A stretch of 44,354 bases of DNA from the sequence record OZ035776.1. One strand, written 5' to 3'. The position numbers and the translations under genes were made by a program. The first letter of the stretch is position 1. The number at the start of each line of letters is the position of its first letter. Below are positions 1 to 8,280 of this stretch, one piece after another. Origin of the DNA: Vectrevirus LF31P3. The notes under the pieces were generated by a model, which saw nothing but the letters and a program-made list of their open reading frames with translations, was not told where the DNA came from and did no database searches.

Positions 1-29
1 TAATAAGTTCAAGATTTGGAGGGAGAAGC

Positions 30-329
30 GTGAGCGTACACAATAAACATGCAGCTACAGAGGACGAGGTTGGCATTCTGCATGGTGCTATTACCAAAAT
101 CTTCAATAAGAAAGCACAGGCAATACTGGACACTATAGAAGAAGACCCTGATGCAGCATTACATTTAGTGTCTGGTAAGGATATTGGTGCGATGTGTAAG
201 TGGGTTCTTGATAACGGCATTACCGCCACACCTGCTGCACAGCAGGAAGAGTCCAAGTTATCTAAGCGCCTCAAGGCTATCCGAGAGGCATCCAGTGGTA
301 AGATAATTCAATTCACTAAGGAGGATTGA
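30..329 (+). CDS. putative terminase small subunit (T7 gp18-like position)
   Basis: 99-aa ORF with GTG start 5 nt after ggaggga; stop overlaps large terminase start; follows the holin-like ORF at window end in the permuted map. No motif recognised, assignment is positional. Confidence 0.5.
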   Translation: MSVHNKHAATEDEVGILHGAITKIFNKKAQAILDTIEEDPDAALHLVSGKDIGAMCKWVLDNGITATPAAQQEESKLSKRLKAIREASSGKIIQFTKED

Positions 330-2227
330 TGGCTAAGGCAAGAGAATCACAAGCGGAGGCTCTTGCCAGATGGGAGATGCTACAGGAGTTACAGCAGACC
401 TTTCCTTACACAGCGGAAGGTTTGCTTCTCTTTGCAGATACAGTTATTCATAACTTAATTGCAGGCAACCCTCATCTGATTCGTATGCAGGCGGATATCT
501 TGAAGTTCCTATTTTACGGACACAAGTACCGCCTCATCGAAGCGCCTCGTGGTATCGCTAAGACAACACTATCAGCAATCTATACGGTATTCCGTATTAT
601 TCATGAACCGCATAAGCGTATCATGGTTGTGTCCCAAAACGCCAAGCGAGCAGAGGAAATCGCAGGTTGGGTAGTTAAAATCTTCCGTGGCTTAGACTTT
701 CTTGAGTTTATGCTGCCGGATATCTACGCTGGGGACCGTGCATCCGTTAAGGCGTTTGAGATTCATTACACCCTACGTGGCAGTGATAAGTCTCCTTCTG
801 TATCATGTTACTCAATCGAAGCAGGTATGCAGGGTGCTCGTGCTGATATTATTCTAGCGGATGACGTAGAGTCGATGCAGAATGCTCGTACGGCAGCGGG
901 CCGTGCCTTGCTTGAGGAACTGACTAAGGAGTTTGAATCTATCAACCAGTTTGGGGATATCATTTACCTTGGTACACCTCAGAACGTAAACTCTATCTAC
1001 AACAACCTACCTGCTCGTGGTTACTCTGTTCGTATCTGGACTGCGCGTTACCCTTCAGTAGAGCAAGAGCAATGTTATGGCGACTTCCTTGCACCTATGA
1101 TTGTTCAAGATATGAAGGACAACCCAGCACTTCGCTCAGGGTACGGGTTGGATGGTAATAGTGGTGCACCTTGTGCCCCTGAAATGTATGATGATGAAGT
1201 CCTGATTGAGAAGGAAATCTCTCAGGGTGCTGCTAAGTTCCAGCTTCAGTTCATGCTTAACACTCGCATGATGGATGCTGACAGATACCCATTACGCCTG
1301 AACAATCTAATCTTCACCTCGTTTGGTACAGAGGAAGTCCCTGTGATGCCTACGTGGAGTAATGATTCCATAAACATCATTGGTGATGCACCTAAGTATG
1401 GTAACAAGCCTACGGATTTCATGTACAGACCTGTAGCTCGCCCATACGAATGGGGTGCTGTCTCCCGCAAGATTATGTATATTGACCCTGCGGGTGGTGG
1501 TAAGAACGGAGATGAGACGGGTGTAGCCATCGTATTCCTGCACGGCACATTCATTTATGTGTATCAGTGCTTTGGTGTACCTGGCGGATACCGAGAGTCG
1601 TCCCTGAATCGCATTGTGCAGGCCGCAAAGCAGGCGGGTGTTAAAGAGGTATTCATTGAGAAGAACTTTGGTCATGGCGCGTTTGAGGCGGTAATTAAGC
1701 CGTACTTTGAACGAGAGTGGCCTGTAACTCTGGAAGAGGATTACGCCACCGGACAGAAAGAGTTGCGTATCATTGAGACGCTGGAGCCGCTCATGGCAGC
1801 CCATAGGCTTATCTTCAATGCAGAGATGGTGAAGTCAGACTTTGAGTCGGTACAGCACTATCCGCTTGAACTACGCATGTCCTACAGTCTTTTCAATCAA
1901 ATGTCGAACATAACGATTGAGAAGAACAGCCTCCGGCATGATGACCGCCTAGACGCCCTGTATGGCGCTATACGGCAATTAACTTCTCAGATAGACTATG
2001 ACGAGGTTACACGGATTAATCGCCTCAGAGCGCAGGAGATGCGCGATTACATCCATGCTATGAACACACCTCATCTACGCAGGGCAATGCTATATGGAGA
2101 TTACGGTACTGAGAGAAGAGTGACCAACACTTCCGTAGCGATGCAGCAGCGAGTTTACGGGCAGAACTACCGAAATAAATCGGCAAGCAGAAATACACTT
2201 TCTGCAAGAATTTCAAGGACTTATTAA
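329..2227 (+). CDS. terminase large subunit (T7 gp19-like)
   Basis: About 630 aa; Walker A-like PRGIAKTT; ATG at 329 preceded by aaggagg (the ORF track begins 3 nt earlier at TTG 326); typical position and size. Confidence 0.9.
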   Translation: MAKARESQAEALARWEMLQELQQTFPYTAEGLLLFADTVIHNLIAGNPHLIRMQADILKFLFYGHKYRLIEAPRGIAKTTLSAIYTVFRIIHEPHKRIMVVSQNAKRAEEIAGWVVKIFRGLDFLEFMLPDIYAGDRASVKAFEIHYTLRGSDKSPSVSCYSIEAGMQGARADIILADDVESMQNARTAAGRALLEELTKEFESINQFGDIIYLGTPQNVNSIYNNLPARGYSVRIWTARYPSVEQEQCYGDFLAPMIVQDMKDNPALRSGYGLDGNSGAPCAPEMYDDEVLIEKEISQGAAKFQLQFMLNTRMMDADRYPLRLNNLIFTSFGTEEVPVMPTWSNDSINIIGDAPKYGNKPTDFMYRPVARPYEWGAVSRKIMYIDPAGGGKNGDETGVAIVFLHGTFIYVYQCFGVPGGYRESSLNRIVQAAKQAGVKEVFIEKNFGHGAFEAVIKPYFEREWPVTLEEDYATGQKELRIIETLEPLMAAHRLIFNAEMVKSDFESVQHYPLELRMSYSLFNQMSNITIEKNSLRHDDRLDALYGAIRQLTSQIDYDEVTRINRLRAQEMRDYIHAMNTPHLRRAMLYGDYGTERRVTNTSVAMQQRVYGQNYRNKSASRNTLSARISRTY

Positions 2228-2248
2228 TTACTGGACACTATAGAAGGG
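2226..2248 (+). promoter_or_regulatory. phage RNAP promoter (aattactggacactatagaaggg), +1 G at 2243
   Basis: Match to the recurring 23-bp motif with SP6-type core GACACTATAGAAG; directly after terminase stop (T7 phiOR-like position). Confidence 0.75.
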
Positions 2249-2383
2249 AGGCCCAGATAATAAGATAAATAATAGGTAATATATAGGTTAACCTAGGTTA
2301 TATAGGTATGCCTTAGTATGGGTGTACTCCTGTACACCCTATTCCTTACTACCTTACTATATTTACATAATAGGAGAGAGACA

Positions 2384-2662
2384 ATGGCTAATGATTATAG
2401 TAGTCAACCATTAACAGGTAAGTCTAAGAGAAAGCAGGTACAACCTGTAAGTGAAGAACTAATGCTTCCGGTAATCAAAAAAGAGGAAGCTAGTAAGAAA
2501 AGCAATGTTATTAATGATGCCACCAAATCAGGTAAACAGAAAGGGGCCATGGTGTGCCTTGAAGTGGACGGTGGTGTATTGAAGATTGCTATCGCGGTTG
2601 ATGGCAAAGAAGATTCAGAGTGGAAGTTAGTAACAGTGGAACCAACTGTTACCCCAGTTTAA
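2384..2662 (+). CDS. hypothetical protein, paralog A (SGKQKGAMV motif)
   Basis: ATG at 2384 preceded by aggagagaga; shares the motif block (L/M)PV.KKE...SGKQKGAMV.LE......IA.A with the next gene. Confidence 0.6.
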   Translation: MANDYSSQPLTGKSKRKQVQPVSEELMLPVIKKEEASKKSNVINDATKSGKQKGAMVCLEVDGGVLKIAIAVDGKEDSEWKLVTVEPTVTPV

Positions 2663-2680
2663 GAGAAGGAGGAAGATTAC

Positions 2681-2971
2681 ATGGCTAAATATGGTACTAC
2701 AGGTTCTGTTACTGGTCAGGCTTTTCGAGTAAAAGCAGTACAAACTATTGCAACGGCAATCCCGATGCCTGTTGTTAAAGAAGCAGACCTTAAGAGTAAA
2801 GACCACCCTATCAACATCAAACATTTATCAGGTAAACAGAAAGGTGCAATGGTTGCTCTTGAGAAAGGTGACACAACCCTGCATATTGCTGTTGCACGTG
2901 GCAGTGAACCAACAGACCCTTGGGATGTAACTGGTATGGAAGGGGAAGCTGTTACTCCAGCAGAGGTATAA
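2681..2971 (+). CDS. hypothetical protein, paralog B (SGKQKGAMV motif)
   Basis: ATG preceded by gaaggagg; tandem paralog of 2384..2662. Confidence 0.6.
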   Translation: MAKYGTTGSVTGQAFRVKAVQTIATAIPMPVVKEADLKSKDHPINIKHLSGKQKGAMVALEKGDTTLHIAVARGSEPTDPWDVTGMEGEAVTPAEV

Positions 2972-2973
2972 TA

Positions 2974-3318
2974 ATGCTTAATAAATACTTCAAGCGTAAA
3001 GAGTTTGCTTGCCGTTGTGGCTGCGGTATATCCACTGTTGATGCTGAATTACTACAGGTAGTAACAGATGTGCGTGAGCACTTTGGTTCTCCTGTAGTTA
3101 TCACTTCGGGGCATCGCTGTGCTAAGCACAATGCTAATGTAGGAGGAGCTAAGAACTCCATGCATCTTACTGGTAAGGCTGCTGACATTAAGGTACGAGG
3201 CATCTTACCTTCTGATGTACATAAGTATCTTACTGATAAGTACCAAGGCAAATATGGGATTGGTAAGTATAACTCCTTTACTCATATTGATGTACGTGAC
3301 GGGTGTGCACGATGGTAG
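2974..3318 (+). CDS. endolysin, peptidase M15-like (zinc D-Ala-D-Ala carboxypeptidase-type fold)
   Basis: Motif SGHRCxxHNxxVGGAxNSxHLxGxAADI typical of M15/VanY-like cell-wall peptidases; ATG at 2974 (internal Met of the longer track ORF) directly after the upstream stop. Confidence 0.75.
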   Translation: MLNKYFKRKEFACRCGCGISTVDAELLQVVTDVREHFGSPVVITSGHRCAKHNANVGGAKNSMHLTGKAADIKVRGILPSDVHKYLTDKYQGKYGIGKYNSFTHIDVRDGCARW

Positions 3319-3426
3319 GTTGTGTTGCATGGTGTGAACGCATGGTTGCTAAGGCTTCAGAGGAAGGCAACTATGAAGATTGGCAGAACTACTCAACTTT
3401 ATTATCTCAATGGAAAGGGAGATGCA

Positions 3427-3576
3427 ATGAAAAAGCTGTTCAAATCTAAGAAGGTTGTAGGTGCACTAGTTGCATTGGCAATTGCTCTTGTTTCTGTAGG
3501 TCTTGGTGTAGACCTTGGCTCTGGCACGGAATCCTCTGTGACAGACGTGGTCTGCCAAGTGATCACCTGTGAATAA
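3427..3576 (+). CDS. small membrane protein (lysis-associated?)
   Basis: 49 aa, MKKLFKSKK followed by a hydrophobic helix; aaggga 6 nt upstream of ATG; sits between endolysin and spanin-like genes. Confidence 0.4.
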   Translation: MKKLFKSKKVVGALVALAIALVSVGLGVDLGSGTESSVTDVVCQVITCE

Positions 3577-3790
3577 GTTTCTAGAAGTGCTGGCAGGTCT
3601 TATTGGCCTGCTTGTCTCTGCTAAGAAGAAACAAGAAGAGAAGGAGGCACAAAGTGAAGCGAATCATGTTAGTGACAATCCTGCTGATTGGTTCGCTGAC
3701 CACTTCCGGGTGTCAGCAGGCGTTACCAGAGAAAGCAATGGTGAAACCTCTGAGGCCGACGCTGACGGCAGTTTACGAGGTAGACGATAA
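3569..3790 (+). CDS. putative i-spanin (Rz-like)
   Basis: N-terminal transmembrane segment then charged region; GTG start overlapping upstream stop (coupling); contains an overlapping +1-frame lipoprotein gene. Confidence 0.5.
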   Translation: MNKFLEVLAGLIGLLVSAKKKQEEKEAQSEANHVSDNPADWFADHFRVSAGVTRESNGETSEADADGSLRGRR

Positions 3791-3863
3791 AGTCTGCTTC
3801 AGTAAGCCTGATGCTACAAAATTAGGTTTGTATATTCTTTCGCTAGAACGCGGATATAATTAA
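3654..3863 (+). CDS. putative o-spanin (Rz1-like outer-membrane lipoprotein)
   Basis: Overlaps the Rz-like gene in another frame; signal peptide with lipobox LTTSGC; GTG start 6 nt after aaggagg (ATG alternative at 3666). Confidence 0.55.
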   Translation: MKRIMLVTILLIGSLTTSGCQQALPEKAMVKPLRPTLTAVYEVDDKVCFSKPDATKLGLYILSLERGYN

Positions 3864-3892
3864 TACATAGCTTTATATATCAGTGTCTTACG

Positions 3893-3915
3893 ATTTACTG
3901 GACACTATAGAAGAG
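3893..3915 (+). promoter_or_regulatory. phage RNAP promoter (atttactggacactatagaagag), +1 G at 3910
   Basis: Full match to the most common promoter variant; upstream of the tailspike genes. Confidence 0.8.
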
Positions 3916-3994
3916 GTAAGATAGCGCCGTTCTTTTGAGCGGCCTATTACTAGCCAATCTTCATGGTGAGGGTTGGAAAGTAATAGGAGGTTTA

Positions 3995-5887
3995 ATGGCA
4001 AGATTAACTCGCCCTGTTAGTGTATTTAATAGTCTGATGGATATTACTTACCCATGCTCCACTGATGGTGGTAAAGCGGAACTACTACAGGTTATACCCG
4101 GACGTATGTCTGGTGGTGGTATCCTACTTTGGGACGCCAGTATGCCTCAGTCCAATCATAATGGTATTACCATCCTCAGCCCTGAAGCTAAATGGGATGG
4201 TACTCTAGAAGGTTTTAAGGCCTATAGGGAAAGTGGAGGGACTGGCAATGGTTGCTGGGTTCGACCACGCAAAGGTACTGATCTGATGGCATCTTGGGCT
4301 GGTGTTGACACAGACGGGGACTGGATTGCGGATGAGCCACTTATGGCGCTGTGTCAGATTGCACATACACAACGTCGTAATATACGCATAGACTCTGGTG
4401 CTGTCATTCGTTGCGGTTTCACAACTCCGATTTCTCAGCAAGACAAGCACAACATTCTATCTCAAACATCTTTTGTATTACGTGGTTTAAAGAACTTCTC
4501 CATATATGCTGAGCAAGATGCAGAGATAACCACAGACCACCCTGTACATCGTGAGCGTACAGTATTCTTCTTGGACGGTTGCGATAAGGTTACAATTTCT
4601 GGTCTTAAGTTTAATTCTGATTTCAGCGATTATTCTTTCGAACCTAATAGTCCCTATGAGCACCATATCAATGAACACTGGTTAGGTGTAGTTGCAGAGG
4701 CTTGTGGTACTGTTGAGGTTCGCAGATGTAGGTTCAATGCACCTCAGTTTGCTGTAAAGGCCGACTGTTTTAATAGAACAGACGGTAGGTGGAATGACAC
4801 AGTTGCAGTAAAAGATTGTTTCTTCCAGTATGCTACAAACTATTGCTTTTTATCACGTAAGTTACGACATTACATCTTCTCTGATAATGAAGTAAGATTT
4901 AATGGACGTAAGTGGCATACATATGGAGAGGCTTGTGCCCCTACTACCTATACTGAGAATCAGATTATCACTCGTAACCGTTTCATAGATCAGATTGCTG
5001 GTCAAAGCTGTATAACTCCTGGTTCTTATGCTAAGCAAGTACTTATTTCAGATAACTTCTGTCAACGTAGTAATGGTATCTTTGTTGAGATAGGCAGTGC
5101 TAGTAATATTAATATTCTTAACAACGTCTCCAAATCTACAGGTGAACGCATCGTCCACGGAAGTGATAAGTATGCAGGAACTACACACATCCTTCTAGTA
5201 TCTGGGGCAGTTGATGATGAACCTGCTGGTGGGCTAAGTAATATCTTGATTCAAGGTAATAACTTCCAAGGCGGTGGTTATGCTTTACAAGAGTACAATA
5301 CAGGCATTCCTATTCGTCGCGGGTTGGATATTCTTAATAACCACCTTGTAGACTGTATTCCACCAGCCTGTACTAACCAATCCTTTAAGTATATTAGGGT
5401 AGAAGGTAACTACATCCAAGCACCGGATGATTACCCAGATATGACTATTGGAGGTCAACACTCTATTATCAAGGATAATGTCCTTATCGGTGTGCGATTG
5501 AGGGCTAGAGATTTAGGTTATACTGTTGTAGGGTTAAAAGTAATAGGTAATACTTTTACTGCAAATAGTGTAGCATCTAAGTTCCCTGCACTGATAGACT
5601 ACACTGATCTAGAAGATCTTGAAGCTTATGACAACGCAGCAGGTATTCAGGCATCTTATGATAGCTTTATAGTAGCACCTGATAACTGTAATAAAATTAG
5701 CTTTATGAAAGTCGGTATGGTTGAAGGTTTTACACAGACACCAGCAGTGGTTTATGGTAGTAAGTTGCAAGGCCAGAAGGCAGGTGCGATTGTTGGCAAT
5801 AGTGCACCTGGGTCTGTACATGGTTGTGCTGCATTCGTGAGTACTTCTAGTGGTGGTTGGGGTTTTATAAACTACGTTCCCGCATAA
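3995..5887 (+). CDS. tailspike protein 1 (probable polysaccharide depolymerase, beta-helix type)
   Basis: 630 aa after terminase/lysis genes as in SP6-like phages; ATG at 3995 preceded by aggagg; Asn/Gly/Ser-rich repetitive sequence consistent with a parallel beta-helix. No named catalytic motif recognised. Confidence 0.55.
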   Translation: MARLTRPVSVFNSLMDITYPCSTDGGKAELLQVIPGRMSGGGILLWDASMPQSNHNGITILSPEAKWDGTLEGFKAYRESGGTGNGCWVRPRKGTDLMASWAGVDTDGDWIADEPLMALCQIAHTQRRNIRIDSGAVIRCGFTTPISQQDKHNILSQTSFVLRGLKNFSIYAEQDAEITTDHPVHRERTVFFLDGCDKVTISGLKFNSDFSDYSFEPNSPYEHHINEHWLGVVAEACGTVEVRRCRFNAPQFAVKADCFNRTDGRWNDTVAVKDCFFQYATNYCFLSRKLRHYIFSDNEVRFNGRKWHTYGEACAPTTYTENQIITRNRFIDQIAGQSCITPGSYAKQVLISDNFCQRSNGIFVEIGSASNINILNNVSKSTGERIVHGSDKYAGTTHILLVSGAVDDEPAGGLSNILIQGNNFQGGGYALQEYNTGIPIRRGLDILNNHLVDCIPPACTNQSFKYIRVEGNYIQAPDDYPDMTIGGQHSIIKDNVLIGVRLRARDLGYTVVGLKVIGNTFTANSVASKFPALIDYTDLEDLEAYDNAAGIQASYDSFIVAPDNCNKISFMKVGMVEGFTQTPAVVYGSKLQGQKAGAIVGNSAPGSVHGCAAFVSTSSGGWGFINYVPA

Positions 5888-5893
5888 TCACAA

Positions 5894-5916
5894 GGCAGTG
5901 CGTAAGCACTGCTTTT
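5894..5916 (+). terminator. hairpin with GNRA loop (GTAA) followed by TTTT between the two tailspike genes
   Basis: 8-bp stem, loop gtaa, then tttt; possible attenuator. Confidence 0.45.
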
Positions 5917-5972
5917 CACGTAACTTTTCTTAAAGGTTATCATGGTGGTAGCCTTTCAGAAAAGGAGGTTAC

Positions 5973-8156
5973 ATGCTTCAAAGATTAGGGGCAATGTTTG
6001 TTCGGTACAAAAATAAAGTAGGTAATGCTATCGAGCGTACACTACAAAGTAAATTACAGGATGTAGTAAGTGTAAAGGATTATGGCGCTATTGGTGATGG
6101 AGTATATCGTTCACTTGGTGCTAAATTTACCACGTTAAGTATGGCACAAGTAGTATACCCGCATGCGGAAAGTTTAACTCAATCGCAAGATTGGGCGGCT
6201 ATTCAGGCTGCACTTAATTCTCACTCAAAAGTGTACATTCCAGCAGGTAAGTACATGCTATCTGATACCATTGAGATGCGCGGCGGTCAAACTCTGCAAG
6301 GTGACGGTATTGATTCTTGGGTTGCAGGTTATGCTGGGTTTGTAAAAGATAATCAAGGCACTCACCTCATAATGGTGGGAGAGGGAAATAAGAAGTATAC
6401 ATTAGATCATGTATCTAACTTCGATGTAGAAGGTGGTGTCATAGACAACCCAGCTAAGGGTGACGCTTATACTGCCACTGCACCTTCCCCTAATTACTCA
6501 TTTACTGACTTCACTAATGCTAACGCCTCTGGTGCACAACGTGCTACATTGAAACATTTCAGTGTAGCATTACGTTGCACAGGTCACGGTGGTGTTTATC
6601 TTCGTGACTTCCGTATTGTGCCTAATCACAGAGGGCAAGAAGGTTATAAGGATGAGTTGTCAACTGCATTAGGGGACGCATGGGATGTAGGTATTTGGCT
6701 GGAGAATACATCTGACTCAGTGTTATCTTCTGTGCAAGCAGTAGGTTACTGGCGCATTGCAGGTGTTATGAAGACTTGTATACCACAAGAGGGTTCCTTT
6801 GTTGGTGGAGATCGTGATAGGGTATACAATTGCACATTACAAGGTTATCGTGGCTTCTTAGCACGTTCGCATGATACTTACCAAGTAGAAGAAGTATCAG
6901 GTAACACTGTATCGATTAAGTGGTCTGCATCTCACACTTTCGAACCTTCTGGTAAAGTTCGTATCCAAGGGAAAGACCGTAGTTATACTAGCCTGTCTGT
7001 ATCTGGTGACAAATTAGTTTTCAATGGTATTGACGATGTATCAGGTATTAATACCAATAGCTATGTGAGAGTTTCAGGGTCTTCATTCGGAATGTCTGCT
7101 ACTCAACTAAATAACACATACATCGCTGCATTAAACCATCATGCTCGCTTGCCAGCAACCTCTAACCTTTTAGATAATGGGTTTGTTACTTCGGCAGCTT
7201 GCTATGAAGTTGCAGGTGAACCAATTCGTGCCATAAAATTATCTAACTGTACTGTCATTACTTGGGATGACATCTTAGGTATGACTGGTGGTATTCGGGA
7301 CTTCCAGACGACAGATACTTACTTCGAGTCTCAGCCTTTCCGTACTTCTGTGCAAGGCTTGGCAAGCACCACACAACCTGCTGGTTCTCGCATGATTGCA
7401 CTTCGTGGACGTCAAGGTTCTAAAACTACAGGCTATCAAGCTATCGGTTGTACTTATGGGCCAGGTGTAGACCTAAGCCCTCGTTATGAAAGCGATGTAT
7501 CTCGTTACACAACTTCCGGTGGTATGTTCAATCCAAGAGAAGATTTGAACACAACTAAGCAGTTACCAATGAGGCAAGACGCTACTGAGCTATCTTCTAC
7601 TTCTGACTTATTCCTTACACATGCTGCAGGTGGGAAGGCCTATGTTGGCGCTACCTCTGGTGATGCAACGCTTCAATCTAGAACTGGATCATTGAATATC
7701 CAATCAGGACTTCGTGTACGCATTGGTGGCACTGATGGTAGTGGTTGGTACATTGCTGACAGTGCTAAGTTGACACCTACTGCTGACAATGCAAGGGCTT
7801 GTGGACAGCCTAATGGACGATGGACTGTTGTCTATGCTGTTAATGGTACAATCCAGACTTCTGATGGTAGATTCAAGGAAATCCTTGAGATTGAACAGGC
7901 AGAACTTGATGCTGGTCTTGAATTATCAGCAAACCTAATTAAGTATCGGTGGAATGGGGAAGATAAAATTCACTTTGGTTGCATAGCACAAGAAGTGATG
8001 TTAATACTGGAGAAACATGGCCTAGACCCATTACAATATGATATGGTTCAGTATGATGAGGAGGCAGACATCTTTGGGGTAAACTATGCTGAACTCAACA
8101 GCTTCTGTATTGCAGCATTATCGAGGAAGTTAAATGCCATTAATCAGATCAGTTAA
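5973..8156 (+). CDS. tailspike protein 2 with C-terminal intramolecular-chaperone (peptidase S74-like) domain
   Basis: N-terminal VKDYGAIGDG motif (pectate-lyase/beta-helix tailspike signature); C-terminal SDGRFKE ... GCIAQEV resembles the autoproteolytic chaperone domain of endosialidase-type spikes; aaggagg before ATG. Confidence 0.75.
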   Translation: MLQRLGAMFVRYKNKVGNAIERTLQSKLQDVVSVKDYGAIGDGVYRSLGAKFTTLSMAQVVYPHAESLTQSQDWAAIQAALNSHSKVYIPAGKYMLSDTIEMRGGQTLQGDGIDSWVAGYAGFVKDNQGTHLIMVGEGNKKYTLDHVSNFDVEGGVIDNPAKGDAYTATAPSPNYSFTDFTNANASGAQRATLKHFSVALRCTGHGGVYLRDFRIVPNHRGQEGYKDELSTALGDAWDVGIWLENTSDSVLSSVQAVGYWRIAGVMKTCIPQEGSFVGGDRDRVYNCTLQGYRGFLARSHDTYQVEEVSGNTVSIKWSASHTFEPSGKVRIQGKDRSYTSLSVSGDKLVFNGIDDVSGINTNSYVRVSGSSFGMSATQLNNTYIAALNHHARLPATSNLLDNGFVTSAACYEVAGEPIRAIKLSNCTVITWDDILGMTGGIRDFQTTDTYFESQPFRTSVQGLASTTQPAGSRMIALRGRQGSKTTGYQAIGCTYGPGVDLSPRYESDVSRYTTSGGMFNPREDLNTTKQLPMRQDATELSSTSDLFLTHAAGGKAYVGATSGDATLQSRTGSLNIQSGLRVRIGGTDGSGWYIADSAKLTPTADNARACGQPNGRWTVVYAVNGTIQTSDGRFKEILEIEQAELDAGLELSANLIKYRWNGEDKIHFGCIAQEVMLILEKHGLDPLQYDMVQYDEEADIFGVNYAELNSFCIAALSRKLNAINQIS

Positions 8157-8280
8157 GCAAAGTGCTGTACGCCAGAACACAGAAGAGCTTATTCAATCAG
8201 GACGTGACCCTAAGCAGGCTTATGCCATTGCCAAGGATATACAACGTCGTACCTTGAAGAAACCTTCTGCATCTTCTGCG
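8134..8280 (+). CDS. small basic ORF (48 aa), hypothetical
   Basis: gagg near ATG, overlaps tailspike 2 stop; weak evidence only. Confidence 0.25.
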
